A stretch of 64,000 bases of DNA from Ophelia neglecta (taxonomy: Eukaryota), in the NCBI GenBank assembly GCA_965285935.1, contig OZ260663.1, positions 87,048,001-87,112,000 on the forward strand, written 5' to 3'. The notes beneath the pieces are model-generated. The model worked only from the letters and a program-made list of their open reading frames with translations, searched no databases and had not been told where the DNA came from. The translations under genes and the position numbers were made by a program. Positions 51,628 through 64,000 of this stretch are shown here, in pieces. Every line of letters starts with the position of its first letter. Positions within the stretch are counted from its first letter, which is position 1.

Positions 51628-54012
51628 TTGGAATTGGGCGAAACAGTATTTGATACTACGGTAAGGACACCCTTGAGAAAGAGGCACGCAACCCCACACA
51701 TTTGATATTTAGGAAAATGAGAACCAGGTATGTTAATAATGTCTTGTTTGTGTGGAAGTAATACTATTAAGTTGCATTAATTTAAAAACTTTGCTACTGA
51801 TAAATTTTTCTCTGTTTGGGTTGCGGTGGTGTTTGGCTTGGGAACTGGCTTGCAATATAATTCTCCTTATCTCGGTATTTGTTAGAAAAATGGGTGTGCT
51901 TGTATGCTCTCTATAAATTGTATAAGGATATAGGAAAAAAATAGGCAATGACATACCAATGCAAACGCATCTGAGAATGGTGCTTTATTCCCCCCTTACC
52001 ATGCCATCATAAACTCCTTTTATCTTCTGATGACAATATCATTTCTGAATGCAAATGCAAGACTATAGACAGGTAAGTTCACTTTTTAATCTTGTTGACT
52101 GTCAACATTATTTAAGTATTATTTATCACCATATACTTTTGAACCTACTGCATCAAATCTTGCTTGGTAAAAAATGTAATTTTTGTAAAGGCAAAATGCA
52201 TGTTTCTTATGTTGGTCCTGACTATGCAAAGATGCATTCATACTGTGAACAAAAGGCCTACAAAAATTAATGGCCCATGACTAGATTTGTAACCGATGCA
52301 GACCATAGGCATTTTACGTCCTAAGGCATTCAAAGATATTCCCAAGCTAGGTACCCACAATCAAATACTAAGCCCATGACCTCCAATTTGGGAGCTCGTT
52401 CCGCCTCGCCCACAGATAATATCATTGTAAGCTGTCTCTCATGGGCAAAAACTGAACTGCCTACTAAAGGGATTCTCAAGAAAAATGATGTGGTTGAGCA
52501 ATATAAAGCATAATTGATATTATGGAAGTTGATAAGCCTTCATTCTATTTAGCAAATCAGTCTGTGGTGTGCTATTGCCCAAACTACAACAAATGTACAA
52601 GGAAATCCCGACTTTGAAGACCTAGTTGTGTTGTACTACAGGATATTTTCTTTGGCATCTATACAAGCTATATTCAAATTACAAATCAGTTTGTTTAAAA
52701 GTGATGATTCCTCGGTCCTTGATTTTCGTAAATTGATGACCACAAAGCCCTAACTCGTTTCCCAAAATGACTCTTTTGAATCAAATAACTTTTTTTGTAC
52801 TCATTAACATAAGTTCGTTCACACTTGTGATAGAAAAGATGCATAAAAAGCGACTAGGCGTTCAAACGGTAATTGATATTATATGTAATAGTACTAACCA
52901 AAGCTGCATTCTAATTCAAGTTCTCTTTGGCTTAGTAAGATGTGCAGCAGGTTATTCTTAAATGTAAATGTAAAGGGAAGTGTGAAAATCGACACAATAA
53001 TGATGGAACTTGTGAACAATGTGACCCTGATTAAAATCATTCACTTCAATCTGTCCTTTCTAAAAAGGAAGATATAAATGATTTTGAGGAGGGATCTGGT
53101 TCCTCTGACAAGCAGTGGCTGTCAGTTAAATCAGATGTCGAAAGCACGAAGGTAAAATTGATGACTTTGACTTATATTTTGCCGATAATGATTGTGTCAT
53201 GGGATTTCATAGCTTGCCTATCCCAAACACGTTGTCATACTCCGTTCAGACACCGATGCATATAACAGTTATATTATTATTGAACCTTTTTTATAATAAT
53301 GATGCACATTGTTAAAATAAAAACAGTGTAGCCTCTGTACCTTAATCACTTTTCTATCTGCTTGTTTTACTAGTGAAAGTGCTTTTACTGTAACTTCCAT
53401 TGCTTATCAATTAAAACATTTCCAAACTTATGAAATTATTTATGATTTCTGTGTTATTCCTTTAGACAAAAATCTAACCAAACAAATGTGATATGTAATG
53501 AATACTAATTCAACCACATATGTGCCTTCTGAAAGTCAGTGACCACAAACTCAATGCTGATGCTTAATTGTGAGTGCCTGTTTAATGTCTATTGGTTGGC
53601 ATGCGTGGCGGTTTAGCCATGTGTTCGTTGTTCTGAATAATCTTCACATGATGATGGCGTAAATTATAAACTGTCGATTGGGTGAATGTACCTAATTTTA
53701 CAAGAACCTGTATCTGCTATTGAAGAGGTGCCAACACCCTTGAGGCTAAAGCGGCTTGTATCAACAGGGAACATGCACAACTCTGACAGGTGGCATGTAC
53801 AGGGAAAGTGTAGTACAATGTATTCCAGTGGTTCTCTGTGATCACTGAACTGTGTCCGATAACACATTGAAGCGCATCATCGAAAAGTAAACACTCCGAC
53901 TACATTTTCCCACTAAATTCAACTGGTGCAGAGCAGAGTTCCACGCTACTGCTATGAAAAAAAGCCTATAATTATTGCCATGCTGATATCCACGCTTCAC
54001 CGCCTCCCTCGA

Positions 54013-57000
54013 ATTTGGATTTGGATTTTCGGGGCTTACCGACACATAGGAACCATGTGGGCCATTTCGTGTCTTATATTGGTCATAGTTTATATATTAG
54101 TTATTGTACTGTTGTATTTTTATTTACATGGGGATGATAGTAAGAAGTAAGCTGTTTTTGAACTCTAATTTATAAAAAAAATCTTCTAGGTGGATTGGTC
54201 AGATGTTTTTCTGACTAAAAAGTGTTAGTTAAGGAAGATAAAAAGTTAGTGGTTCAATAAATGGATAAAAGAAGGTTTCATAAACCTTCGCATTTTTAAA
54301 ATGGCTTCCACGTTTTAGATCTACTACATTTTGTAGTAGAGATCAAAAGGTTTCAAGAAATAAAGGATCTGCTATGGACAGACCTTATCAATTAATGTTC
54401 TGAGGCTGTTAACGTTATAAAAACAGTTTCTAGCCTCGGCGAAATCGCTACATTCCAACAGAATATGTTGGATGGTGTTCAGGCATTGGCAGGATTCACA
54501 AAAAGGTGGATCCTCTCTTCACAGAAGATTAGTGTGTGTAGAATGAGAGTGGCTAGACTTTGACAAGGTCATTGGTAGGGTGTCCGGCTGTCCACCTATC
54601 TACCAACGTGAAGGCCCCTATAGATAACGAGGCCTTCAAAGCGACTGGAAGGATCTAGAGAGTGGCCAATGCGCAGAAGAGTTATGATCAAGTCGTCCCT
54701 CCGGGAGGCAAGAGGCTGACGAAAAGATTTCGGGATGGTGGAGCAGACAGAGTGCAGTTTGTTTTCTATGACCTGTTCCCAGGCGGTCAGCCATTGTTTC
54801 CAGCCATACTGGTTTATTGGGCTCTTGTAGAAGACGGGATCTTTATGGGGAAGATTAGATCTTCCAGATTTGTCGGCAGCCTCGTTGCCTTTGATGCCCA
54901 CGTGTCTGGGCACCCACAAAAGTAGTACGGTTTTTCCTCTTTTGAGGTTTTTATTTATGGTTTCTCGCCGGTAGATAACCAAGGTTTAGACCAGCTAAAC
55001 ACTTCTAGGGCCTGGAGGGACGACATTCAGTCTAGAGCGATAACGAAATGTCTGCCTATAGACTGAACAACATGGTCCAGAGCAAGATCGTTATTTTGAC
55101 GGTTAAAATGTAGCTGTGATCGGGGTTTCGCAACCTGGAGGTGAAGGTCCGGGCGACGGCTGCCGCCGCCACTGTCTCTTCGAGTTTCGCCTCATCCGTG
55201 AAGATGAAGGTATGGTTTTGCTACACTTCTGACCGGACCTGATCGAACCCAGTACAATATATCAGTGGTGAAGTGTAGTTTTTATTGCTAGTGACCATAA
55301 ACCAGTCCACCACCAGTAGTCTGTATATATCTATGGTGGTGTCTTCGGTATTGCAGGGTCAGCAATCCATCTGGGTTTGACTCCCAGATTTGCTAGGGAT
55401 TGCTTGATGCGTACACCAAATGGAGGAATTGTGCTTTTGGCAGCAAACAGTTCTCTGTCTGAAGGGTCAAAGACACTCGAGAAAGCAGGGTTGGCGGGGT
55501 CAGCATGCAATTTGATTGCACATTGCAGTCCTAGTCTCTCTCTTCTTAGATAAAGAGGAGGCAAGCATGCCTCCACCTCCAAGCTATATTTAGGAGATGT
55601 GCCACATGTTCCCAGGCATATACGAAGAGGTTGGTTCTGTACAGCATCAAGCATTTTTATATAGCGCTTCGGCGAAGATCCATATACAAAACAGCCGTTA
55701 TCCAGTTTCGACCGAACAGGGCTCTGATACAATTGTAACAGAACCCTGCGATCAGCACCACAGTCCATGCCAGACACTACACGAGGAAGGTTCAATGTCT
55801 TTTGGCATCTATGTCTTAAGTATTTGAAATGGGGGAGAAAATTTAGTTTTTTATCGTAGAGCAGTCCGAGAAATTTATACGAGTCCACCAACAGGAGATC
55901 CGCTGAGAGTTAACTCTGGATCAGGATGGGGTTTCCATTTCCTGCAGAAGTGGACGCAGACTGTCTTTGACGGGGAAAACCTGAAACCGTTCTCCTCTGA
56001 CCATTTAAAAGTTGCAATTGTCGTTCTATTGTCTGCATGCACCGGGACCTGTAGCCGGTTTGGAAGTTATCCACATACAGAGAGGGATCAGTATTTCTTT
56101 GTCACACATTTAACAATGTTATTTTAATGGTAAACCAGGTGACAGATAATATGTCTCCCTGTGGGACCTGTCGCACCATCTTGCGAGCTTTGGCTCTAAG
56201 AATTTTAAAGGCCGCTAAGTTTGCCTCAGTTGGCTGACGTCTAACACGGCCTTTTTTCCTTTCTTTAATGGCTGCTCTGCACTCTTCATTAAACCATGGT
56301 TTGGATCGTCTTCTAGGAGTACCGCTGGACTGCTGGATGCACTCAGCAGCAATCTTGTTTATTATGGTGGTGAATGCATCCCGTCGATCGTCAGCCTGAT
56401 GGAATGTCTCTGAAGTGATTTGTTCTTCACAGAGAGAGGTGAATTTCGTCCAGTTCGCTCTGCGTAGTTTCCATTGAGGGACACACCGTTTGGGGCCCGG
56501 CTGGGTGGTCAGCCATAAAGGAAAATGGTCACTGTAGCAGAGGTCAGGTACAACGGTCCACTTGAAATCAAGGAAAAGGACAGGATCTCATAGAGAAATA
56601 TCTATGGAAATCTGTGTCCCGCTTCCCGGATGGTGGAAGGTAGAAGCACTGGTATTATAATTATATAAATAAGTTATTGATGGCAATGCAGTTCTCTAGA
56701 CGTCTTCCCTTGTCGTTCGTCGTGTCCAGGATAACCTGTAGATCCCCTAGGTTCAATGGTTTTGAAGGGGGGCAATAAATGGAACAATGTAATGTAATGT
56801 AACCCAGAATGCAATCGGATGCATGTTGGTGCTCAGGGTCACTTGGCTCTGAGGACTGCGTTTTTCGACTAATATAGAAACCCCACCACAAGGCTTGCCA
56901 TCAAAGGCAGTAGAGAAGATGTCATAACTTGTGTAGTGTTTTAGCTTATGGCTAGTTTTAGCCTTAGTCTCTTGGCGATATATAGCTGTGGGGTTTCTGT

Positions 57001-57600
57001 CCAAAAGAGTTACAACACTATTGATGTTCCATTGTAATCTTGATTTAGTTGCCATTTTCTTTGGGGCGAGGGGCCCGATTTAATCTAACTATGTTATATT
57101 TTGCGGTCATCTGGCCCGTGTCCAGGGTCAGAGGAAGAGGTGTACCACTTTGTTGGTCCATCTCCTCCTCCTCGTCCCCAGACAGCGCACCAAAACGGTT
57201 AAATTGGGAGACAGGATCCTCCCCTTTACGTTCTCTATCTGTGTGTGCTATGTTATTGGTATATTTATCCGGTTTCTTCGGCATCCCTGATCGCTTGTTC
57301 TGTTTGGGTTTAGTCTGAGTTAGGTTTTTGTTAGTTTTTCCCTCGATTTCCTTGGGGGAGGAGCTCGACTTGCTCGTTGATGGATTTATTGGAACAAGGT
57401 TAAATGTTAGAAAATAGGCACCAGTCTTCACAACAGTTTCAGGTGTCTTGCGTGTGCAGCATCTGACATGTGTTGCTCCTTGGTCTTCGAGTTCACCCAA
57501 AATGTCCTCCTTATTGCATACATTGAGATCCCAACAGCGGATGACTCCTTTACTACTATTTATTTTTTGAGAAGCTCTCTTCGTACCCACAAGTCATTTC
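54013..57600 (-). pseudogene. Degenerate Nimb/I-group LINE (ORF1, APE, RT, RNase H)
   Basis: ORF1 SKGVIRCWDL...ELEDQGATHVR...TGAYFLTF; APE LQWNIN, QETK, GGVSILV, SDHFP; RT C-terminal YKFLGLLYDKKL, VRSKLDNGCFVYGS; RNase H WVPRHVGIKGNEAAD; LRIGH; AATCCA-like 3' tail. Disrupted by frameshifts and deletions. Confidence 0.88.
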
Positions 57601-59401
57601 ATTTTTTTGTTAAGTGGATTGATGAGCAGGTCGTTGCAGACGTTGACAAAGCATTCTCTTATCCAACTGAAATGAATCCTAATTTTCTTGTAAATAATTA
57701 CTACAAGTGGATCGTTTCGGAGCCCTTGTGTCACTGGATATCTTCTAGGAGAGGCACCAAACTGCATTATGATGCTGTTAAAAACAGGAATTGCTCTACA
57801 AATATCTCTTTAACAAAGGATCCAGAGCGTCTACAACCTATTGCATTCAACGCCAAACCCCTCAATAAAAAATATGATTGGCCAAATAATGGCGTCCGCT
57901 ACCCATCGTGGTTTTATACAGAGTTTCCTAAGTTTGTATTTTACATACATATTATAGGGATAACCGAAGTCATACTAGCTGCAGTCGGGTTTGGCTGAGT
58001 TACTGTAGGAACACGAGTCTGAACAAACTATGGCTGATATGCGAATAACTTTTATTGAATAATAGACAAGTACATATTCTCCATTTTGGGCCCTAACAAT
58101 TTGCATTGTCCATAAACAGGCAGTGCGACTTGAGGAGGACTTGTCCATTTGTACAACCCTTGTAAAGAAAAGGCTCACGTACTTCGACGGTTTAAACTTT
58201 TGCCATAAAAAGTACGACCACATTATCACCGCAGGCTACACTTGATGTAAGATTAGTTGGGCACAAATTAGACCAGGCCTTTAGGACATGGTCTGACGAG
58301 CTCCCAAATTAGGTTTAAATGAAAGCAACATCCAAACTTTATGGTTAACCATGTAAGGCACACACAGATGTGCAGTTTAAAAAAAATAATTTACTATAGT
58401 GTAGTTCAATGAAAATATGGCGTATGTTTAAAAAATGTAATCAACTTAATTTCGACTGGATTTTCATTGCTACAAAAGTTATGCGAGATGTATTTTTTAA
58501 ACGTTGTTGTAATATTAGTTTTAATAATTGACCTAGGTATTATAGATATTTGTTATAATGAAAACAACATAACAAGAAAACACAAGACTTGTACGTATCT
58601 AGCTTGGAATACGTCTAGCTTTTATTAGAACTAATGAAAAGAAACGATATATGTCATGTAAAGTCAGTGAAATGGTATTATATGTGTTACAAAAACCATA
58701 TTTTACCCTTCAATGTTTTTCCCTTCTATTTAGCGCAATACTATTATTTGTAATAACTAATTTTTGGGTCAATTGGAATTTGCTGTTGTCAAAAGGTGAT
58801 TTACCGACGAATTATGACAAGCACTTGATATCTTAATGAGCATTATGCCTATACTAGAGCAAATGTGTGGGGGCATATGGTTCGAGAATAATTTGGAATA
58901 AATTTCCTACATATTGGCTAAATCGGTTGAATTATATCATGGTATATGACATTCAGCATAGAAATATGCAAAAGCGCCGTGCAAATATTTTTACCATTAC
59001 AGTACTAAGAAACATCGATGTTTAGTATAGCAATGCTACCTTCCCATTCAATTACGTTGTTTCACTATGGAAAATAACCAAACTTATTAATCACGAACAT
59101 ACTTGATATAGATACACTTCAATATTCACATCAATCGAATTCAATGAACATTAATTGACTTGTGATTATAGTAAAAACTAAATTCCATATGTTTTGTCTT
59201 TAAGCAATATAAAATAAACATGGCTAAATGATATAATAACACATAAGTCGTTAGAAAATAAAATCTAAGAAAAATCTAATTTTAATTAAATGTCTTTCGA
59301 TGTAAAAGCAAGCTGTATTGCAATGATAAGGTCTTTGCCTATATATCTCCATGGTATATAAAGCGTCTAAAGTTGCCAGCCTCGATGATTTATTGTATTT
59401 T

Positions 59402-59743
59402 TTATTGTCGAAGTCGATCATTGCAATTTCTAACTTCTTTTCTAACTGCATCTAGGATATCATCTTCAGTTGGTCCCTTTGGTTTGTAAAACCAATCTTT
59501 CTTGCCCGGAAGCTTCTCCATTCCAAGCTCCTCGATTAGTCGTTCCTGGGCATCTGTTTCGGCCAAATACATGTCGTCGGCCGGGTAGGATGCTAGAAGC
59601 TTTGTATGCTCATGGCGAGGCTCGTTCCTTATTTCTTTTAATCTATCATCTGGATCTGCTGAACAACCGATCTTAAATACTGTTTTTTCTACTCCTTTCA
59701 TACGTGTATCTTTCATCACGTACACATAGCCTTTTACTCCCAT
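59402..59743 (-). CDS. Standalone T5orf172/MUG113-type GIY-YIG domain protein, 113 aa
   Basis: GYVYVM...VFKIGCS.DPDDRL.EI...AE...DWF. ATG in AAAATG context; splice acceptor ttttttgtag|G at 59830 in the 5' UTR. Confidence 0.8.
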   Translation of the reverse strand: MGVKGYVYVMKDTRMKGVEKTVFKIGCSADPDDRLKEIRNEPRHEHTKLLASYPADDMYLAETDAQERLIEELGMEKLPGKKDWFYKPKGPTEDDILDAVRKEVRNCNDRLRQ

Positions 59744-62700
59744 TTTCAGATTTTAATATTATCCCTTGATTTTTCAGAACGTTATCCGTGAACTGGCTAG
59801 TGCACTAGCTGCAGGATCCTTGATAACGGCCTACAAAAAAGGAATTTGTATTGCAGTACATGTTTAAGGGAGGTCAATTTAAGTAAACGTTATATTGCAA
59901 CAAAAATCAACCATGTACATAAATCTCGACTAGTTGCACACCAAATTTACCAAACTTTCAATTGTATTATATTCGTATTATGCAGCATGTGGATATTACC
60001 GGTGTAAACAACAATACTACATCGCTTGAACCGTGGTTCTAAGACCTGTTTGCCTATTTCTTCTAACTGTCATTTTGTAAATGTCCTTACTAAGTCAACC
60101 ATATTGCCAGGTGAAAGGCCATCTAAAGTTATTAAGTTCTAGTAACCAATTATTATTAGGTAAGCGAAATCCTTTCTGTGTTTGTGGAGGTAATGAATAA
60201 ATACATATCCCTCCTCCCTCCGCCCCCCAAAGTAGAACGTCCGGAACCATATAACTGGCACGTAAGTCTGCTGAAACATGGCCATGACCGCTCGTTAAAA
60301 CTCCATGTTTTCTTAATACTACTTAGAGTCACCCCTGATTTAATAAGACAAAACAACTATGATATATGTCATGGAATACATATAATCGGTTACAAAGTGC
60401 TTGCGTAAAACAGTGTCATCTATGTCCGAAATCTGGCAATATAATTCAAACATAAAAAGTGCTGGTCGTTATAGCCTGGTTTACAAAAAAAGCTTGAAGA
60501 AAGCCGAACCACAAAACCCAATAGTTATACATATTAAGAGAGACAAGAATGAGGCAGTATTCAACGACACATGAAGGAAAACTGTAAAACCTCATAGGGG
60601 ATACCAGATTCTTTATACGTGGATATACTTACAAAGCGTAATAGGTTTCAACAAACGCTATTAGGACTATACAAAACCGACGTGGATGGTACTGTATGGG
60701 AGATCAATAGAAAACCATGAAAACCCATCCATTTAATGCAGTTATTTAAAATGGGAACCAATGTCTCGCTGTTCATCTGTCCTCTTGGAGGAACATATAA
60801 AAGAAGATTACGTTACGTAAACATCCGTGGGTACGTCTGTGCGTCTATGTGTGTCAATTGATAAATGAAGCTCTAGCTTAATCTTGCTTGCTGATTTCGC
60901 TAAACTATGTTCACTTCCGGCTTCTTTTCTCTAGATATTCTCATTTCTGCTGTAATATCTGGGTCTTTTTAATTTTAATGCTCAGGCTTGAACCTTTCAT
61001 GAAAGGTTTTGATTAACAAAAGAAAAAACTTGTGTGACGTTATGAAACAGGTGATTTGTGGCATGAGAAGTTATGTTACACACATCTCAGGAACGTTTTG
61101 CATTGTTCATATTATCAAGGTCATTCACTTTGTTTTATCAGTATTGAGAGAATTTAATCATTTATTTAAAAATAAAATATATGTAGTGAATATTCAATCA
61201 TATTTACTGGTCACTAGGCGCGCTACTTTGTTGTTCAAACCACATTTAGACAGTATACGGTATAATCATTTCAACATCATAAATACCGACAGAATGCAGC
61301 TGTGCCGAGCTATTCTTCTAACCCACTTAACATAACCTTACAAAGAGGTTGGATACAGATACCCACATCGACTGGCCAGCGAGAATACCTCATGTGAGGG
61401 AGGAAACTGAGGGGCTCCATATAAATGAATACTTCATACATTGTATTCTTATGCCAATATTGAAGGCAAAAAGTCACAGAGTAATGCTAGTAAGTGTAAA
61501 ATTGATCTACAACATCCTTCCTTATTATGTTGCAAATGTGTTTTATATCGCATGATTACATGTTCTAACTTCTTACTGTTTTGGTACTTTTTTTAGGTTA
61601 TTGTTATATTACTCATTTCGAGGATAACCCAACAAGGTAAATTGCCGTTCCGCCCCTTCACGTCTCTTAGCAACCTTGTTCCCCTATGACTCATTGTACG
61701 TATTACTTTTTTGAATCGCTTGTCTGGATATGCAGAACACGCTATTTTAAAATAATGTTTGGTCTTCATTTCATAAACAAAAATATTGCCCTATGTTGCA
61801 TCACAAACTGCCATTACAGATAGTTAATATAATCACTATCAAATCTTAGATTTTAAACAAAATAAAGGCACCTTATACCGGCGCAACTATACTATATTAA
61901 ACTGGCAGTTTAATTGTTTGGGTTAATTCGTTGTTTTTTTCTGCCTGCTTAAGAGGTACGCATGAACAAATTACGAAATGCACATACATTATGTCATTAT
62001 TTCATTATATGGTTTAATTCCTTTTAAATGGATACCCTTAGCTGGTGTTAATTTGTATATTTCAGTTTATGACTGTTGGCCTCCATATTAGTGCCTACCA
62101 TAAGTGTAATGCGAGTCTCCCTTGTCCTTGATCCAATAAACCTAAAATATCTATTACATTTATATCTTTAATGTCAACAAGAATGTTAACCTAGTGGCAT
62201 ATATGACGTAGGTTATGTCAAATAAACGTTCATTCGCTCATCCATTCAAAAAATCCCAACGTATAAGAAATAGCATGTCCACCATCCATTCGCATGTGTC
62301 TTCCGTATATATATTCAAGCAGAAGATTAAAATTAAATTCATATGAATGTTGTGACGCTATGTTTCTGGAACTCAACTTTACCACTACTATTTTACTTAT
62401 ATTTTACTTATATTTAAGTCCTGCATTATCACTTGGCACACTTATTTCATATAGATATTATTAATCAAAAACTTATATTTGTCATGTGCAACAAAATACG
62501 ACTGTTTATTAATGAGACACACACTCCCTTAGCAGAGCTGTTGGTACAACCTGCATAGCTAGTTAATATTAATGAATAGAAAGGCGTCACATTATCGATT
62601 CTTCCGTCTCCACCGATCAACTGATTACTACGTTTGAATTCCCTGCTATAAGAAAGGCGACGGTTTAACGTTCTTTTTAGTTATGTGGACAATTGTCTAT

Positions 62701-63494
62701 TTTGTCTAAAGGTTTTTCCGGAGTTGGCTGTTTCGGTTTCCGAACTTTATTAAAGCACCTGTTCAATGTGTTCGGTATATTACCTGGTTCGAACATGTTC
62801 ATTACTATGTTGAAATTAACCTACTAAATGATAATCTCCTTCGGTATACATTGAAACAGAACATGGACATATCAAAACTGAATTTCATACTAATTATCAC
62901 AAATACAAATCAAATATTCCCGATCGCTTTTATTCCCAAAGCATTACTGATAAAACCAGTAAAACTGAGTAAATCGCTCCTCATCAACCGATCCCCCCCC
63001 CTCAATTCTTACAATTCACAATATCGAGGTCCGTGAAATCTAAACATGAGTTCCTGGTTTATAATCGTGATTTGATTTAGGACGTCCTCTTAAGAATTAT
63101 GGGTTGTACATGTAATTATACAGTTTAAAGTTTGTCCAAGCCTAGGGAATGCTCATGCAGTACAATTTACCCCCTCTCGTGGTAGAATGTCCCATCGATG
63201 TTCAAGCTTTGCCCAAAGGAACCACTATATATTATGAGAGTGCGTTTACCGGACCTTCCGCCTTAGAGACGACCTTGTTTTCATTCGACCATGCGCCGCA
63301 ATATATAACATATATGAATAAGACGCTAAAGTATGGTTAATCAATTTGTACTAGTGACCGCATTTTATTTCACATTTTAAGACACATGAATATATACGGT
63401 GGATATATAATGGTGTTATGGATAGAGCAGTCTTACCATTACTCTGTTGTGGGTTTAGCTGTGTCTTTTATGTGATCAGAAGGATGGTTAAGAA

Positions 63495-63902
63495 TCAGTC
63501 ATACGATCTAGCAAAGGCATTAGACATGGATGCTTCGTTATTGCACCTCTTTATCTCTTGTTCAATTGCACAAAATATGTCCTCTTGCTTTACTCGTTTT
63601 GGGTTTTGAAACCAATCTCTTGTGTCTTCAATCCGAGTAAAACCGAGGGACTCCTGTGCTATATCTTGGGCACGTGTTTCTGTATAACCCATCCAGTCGA
63701 CAGGGAAAATTGCCCGGTCACCATTCTTCAATTGAAGAAAGACAGCATTATCATGACCAGCTTGACGTTGAATTTCCGGTAGTCTATCATCTGGTCCTGA
63801 TGAACATCCTATTTTAAAAACAGTGTCCTTTTGATGCGGCATTCTTGTGTCTTTCAACACATACACATAACCCTCTTTGAATTTTATACTACGAGTATTC
63901 AT
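63495..63902 (-). CDS. Standalone T5orf172/MUG113-type GIY-YIG domain protein, 135 aa (paralogue of 59402-59743)
   Basis: GYVYVL...VFKIGCS.GPDDRL.EI...TE...DWF. About 45% identical to the neighbour by manual alignment. 5'-UTR acceptor ttttgcag|A at 63977. Confidence 0.8.
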   Translation of the reverse strand: MNTRSIKFKEGYVYVLKDTRMPHQKDTVFKIGCSSGPDDRLPEIQRQAGHDNAVFLQLKNGDRAIFPVDWMGYTETRAQDIAQESLGFTRIEDTRDWFQNPKRVKQEDIFCAIEQEIKRCNNEASMSNAFARSYD

Positions 63903-64000
63903 TTTCTAATCTCGATATTTTCTTCAATTTACTCGGCAATGGTTCCAAAATTGATTGATCAGGACCGCTGTAATATTCTGCAAAATAAAAAATGATAAAT

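Noticed and set aside
52385-58310. 15-bp inverted match AATTTGGGAGCTCGT bracketing the Nimb LINE
   Set aside because: The match does not extend and has no TSD; probably chance or separate repeat fragments.
1-64000. CRISPR arrays, rRNA, operons and the many 60-180 aa ORFs in the track
   Set aside because: No regularly spaced repeat-spacer array or rRNA-like sequence was seen. The short ORFs are antisense or alternative-frame shadows, or AT-rich chance ORFs without motifs.

Overview
Eukaryotic, intron-containing, AT-rich DNA from an invertebrate. A marine lophotrochozoan is likely, inferred from gene families and SINE type. Host genes: the end of a tandem-C1q gene; a multi-exon HELZ/HELZ2-family SF1 helicase with N-terminal zinc-finger repeats and an unexpected hydrophobic C-terminal tail; two ~97% identical, convergently oriented copies of a secreted 690-aa glycoside-hydrolase-like gene of bacterial type; and two small standalone T5orf172/GIY-YIG genes. 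The rest is transposon-rich: a P-element relic, Tx1/L1, CR1-group and Nimb/I LINE relics, MetaSINE-like SINEs and MITEs. The highlight is a young 6,829-bp DNA transposon (31890-38718) with 163-bp TIRs (1 mismatch) and a TATAT target duplication. It carries two tail-to-tail genes, as ProtoRAG does. One encodes a spliced 1,089-aa transposase joining a RAG1/Chapaev-type N-terminal zinc domain to an Academ/DUF6589-like DDE core. The other encodes an SRF-type MADS-box domain, a disordered/acidic linker and a C-terminal PHD finger. I do not recognise this architecture as a described transposon family. All family calls come from motif recognition by eye, without database searches.
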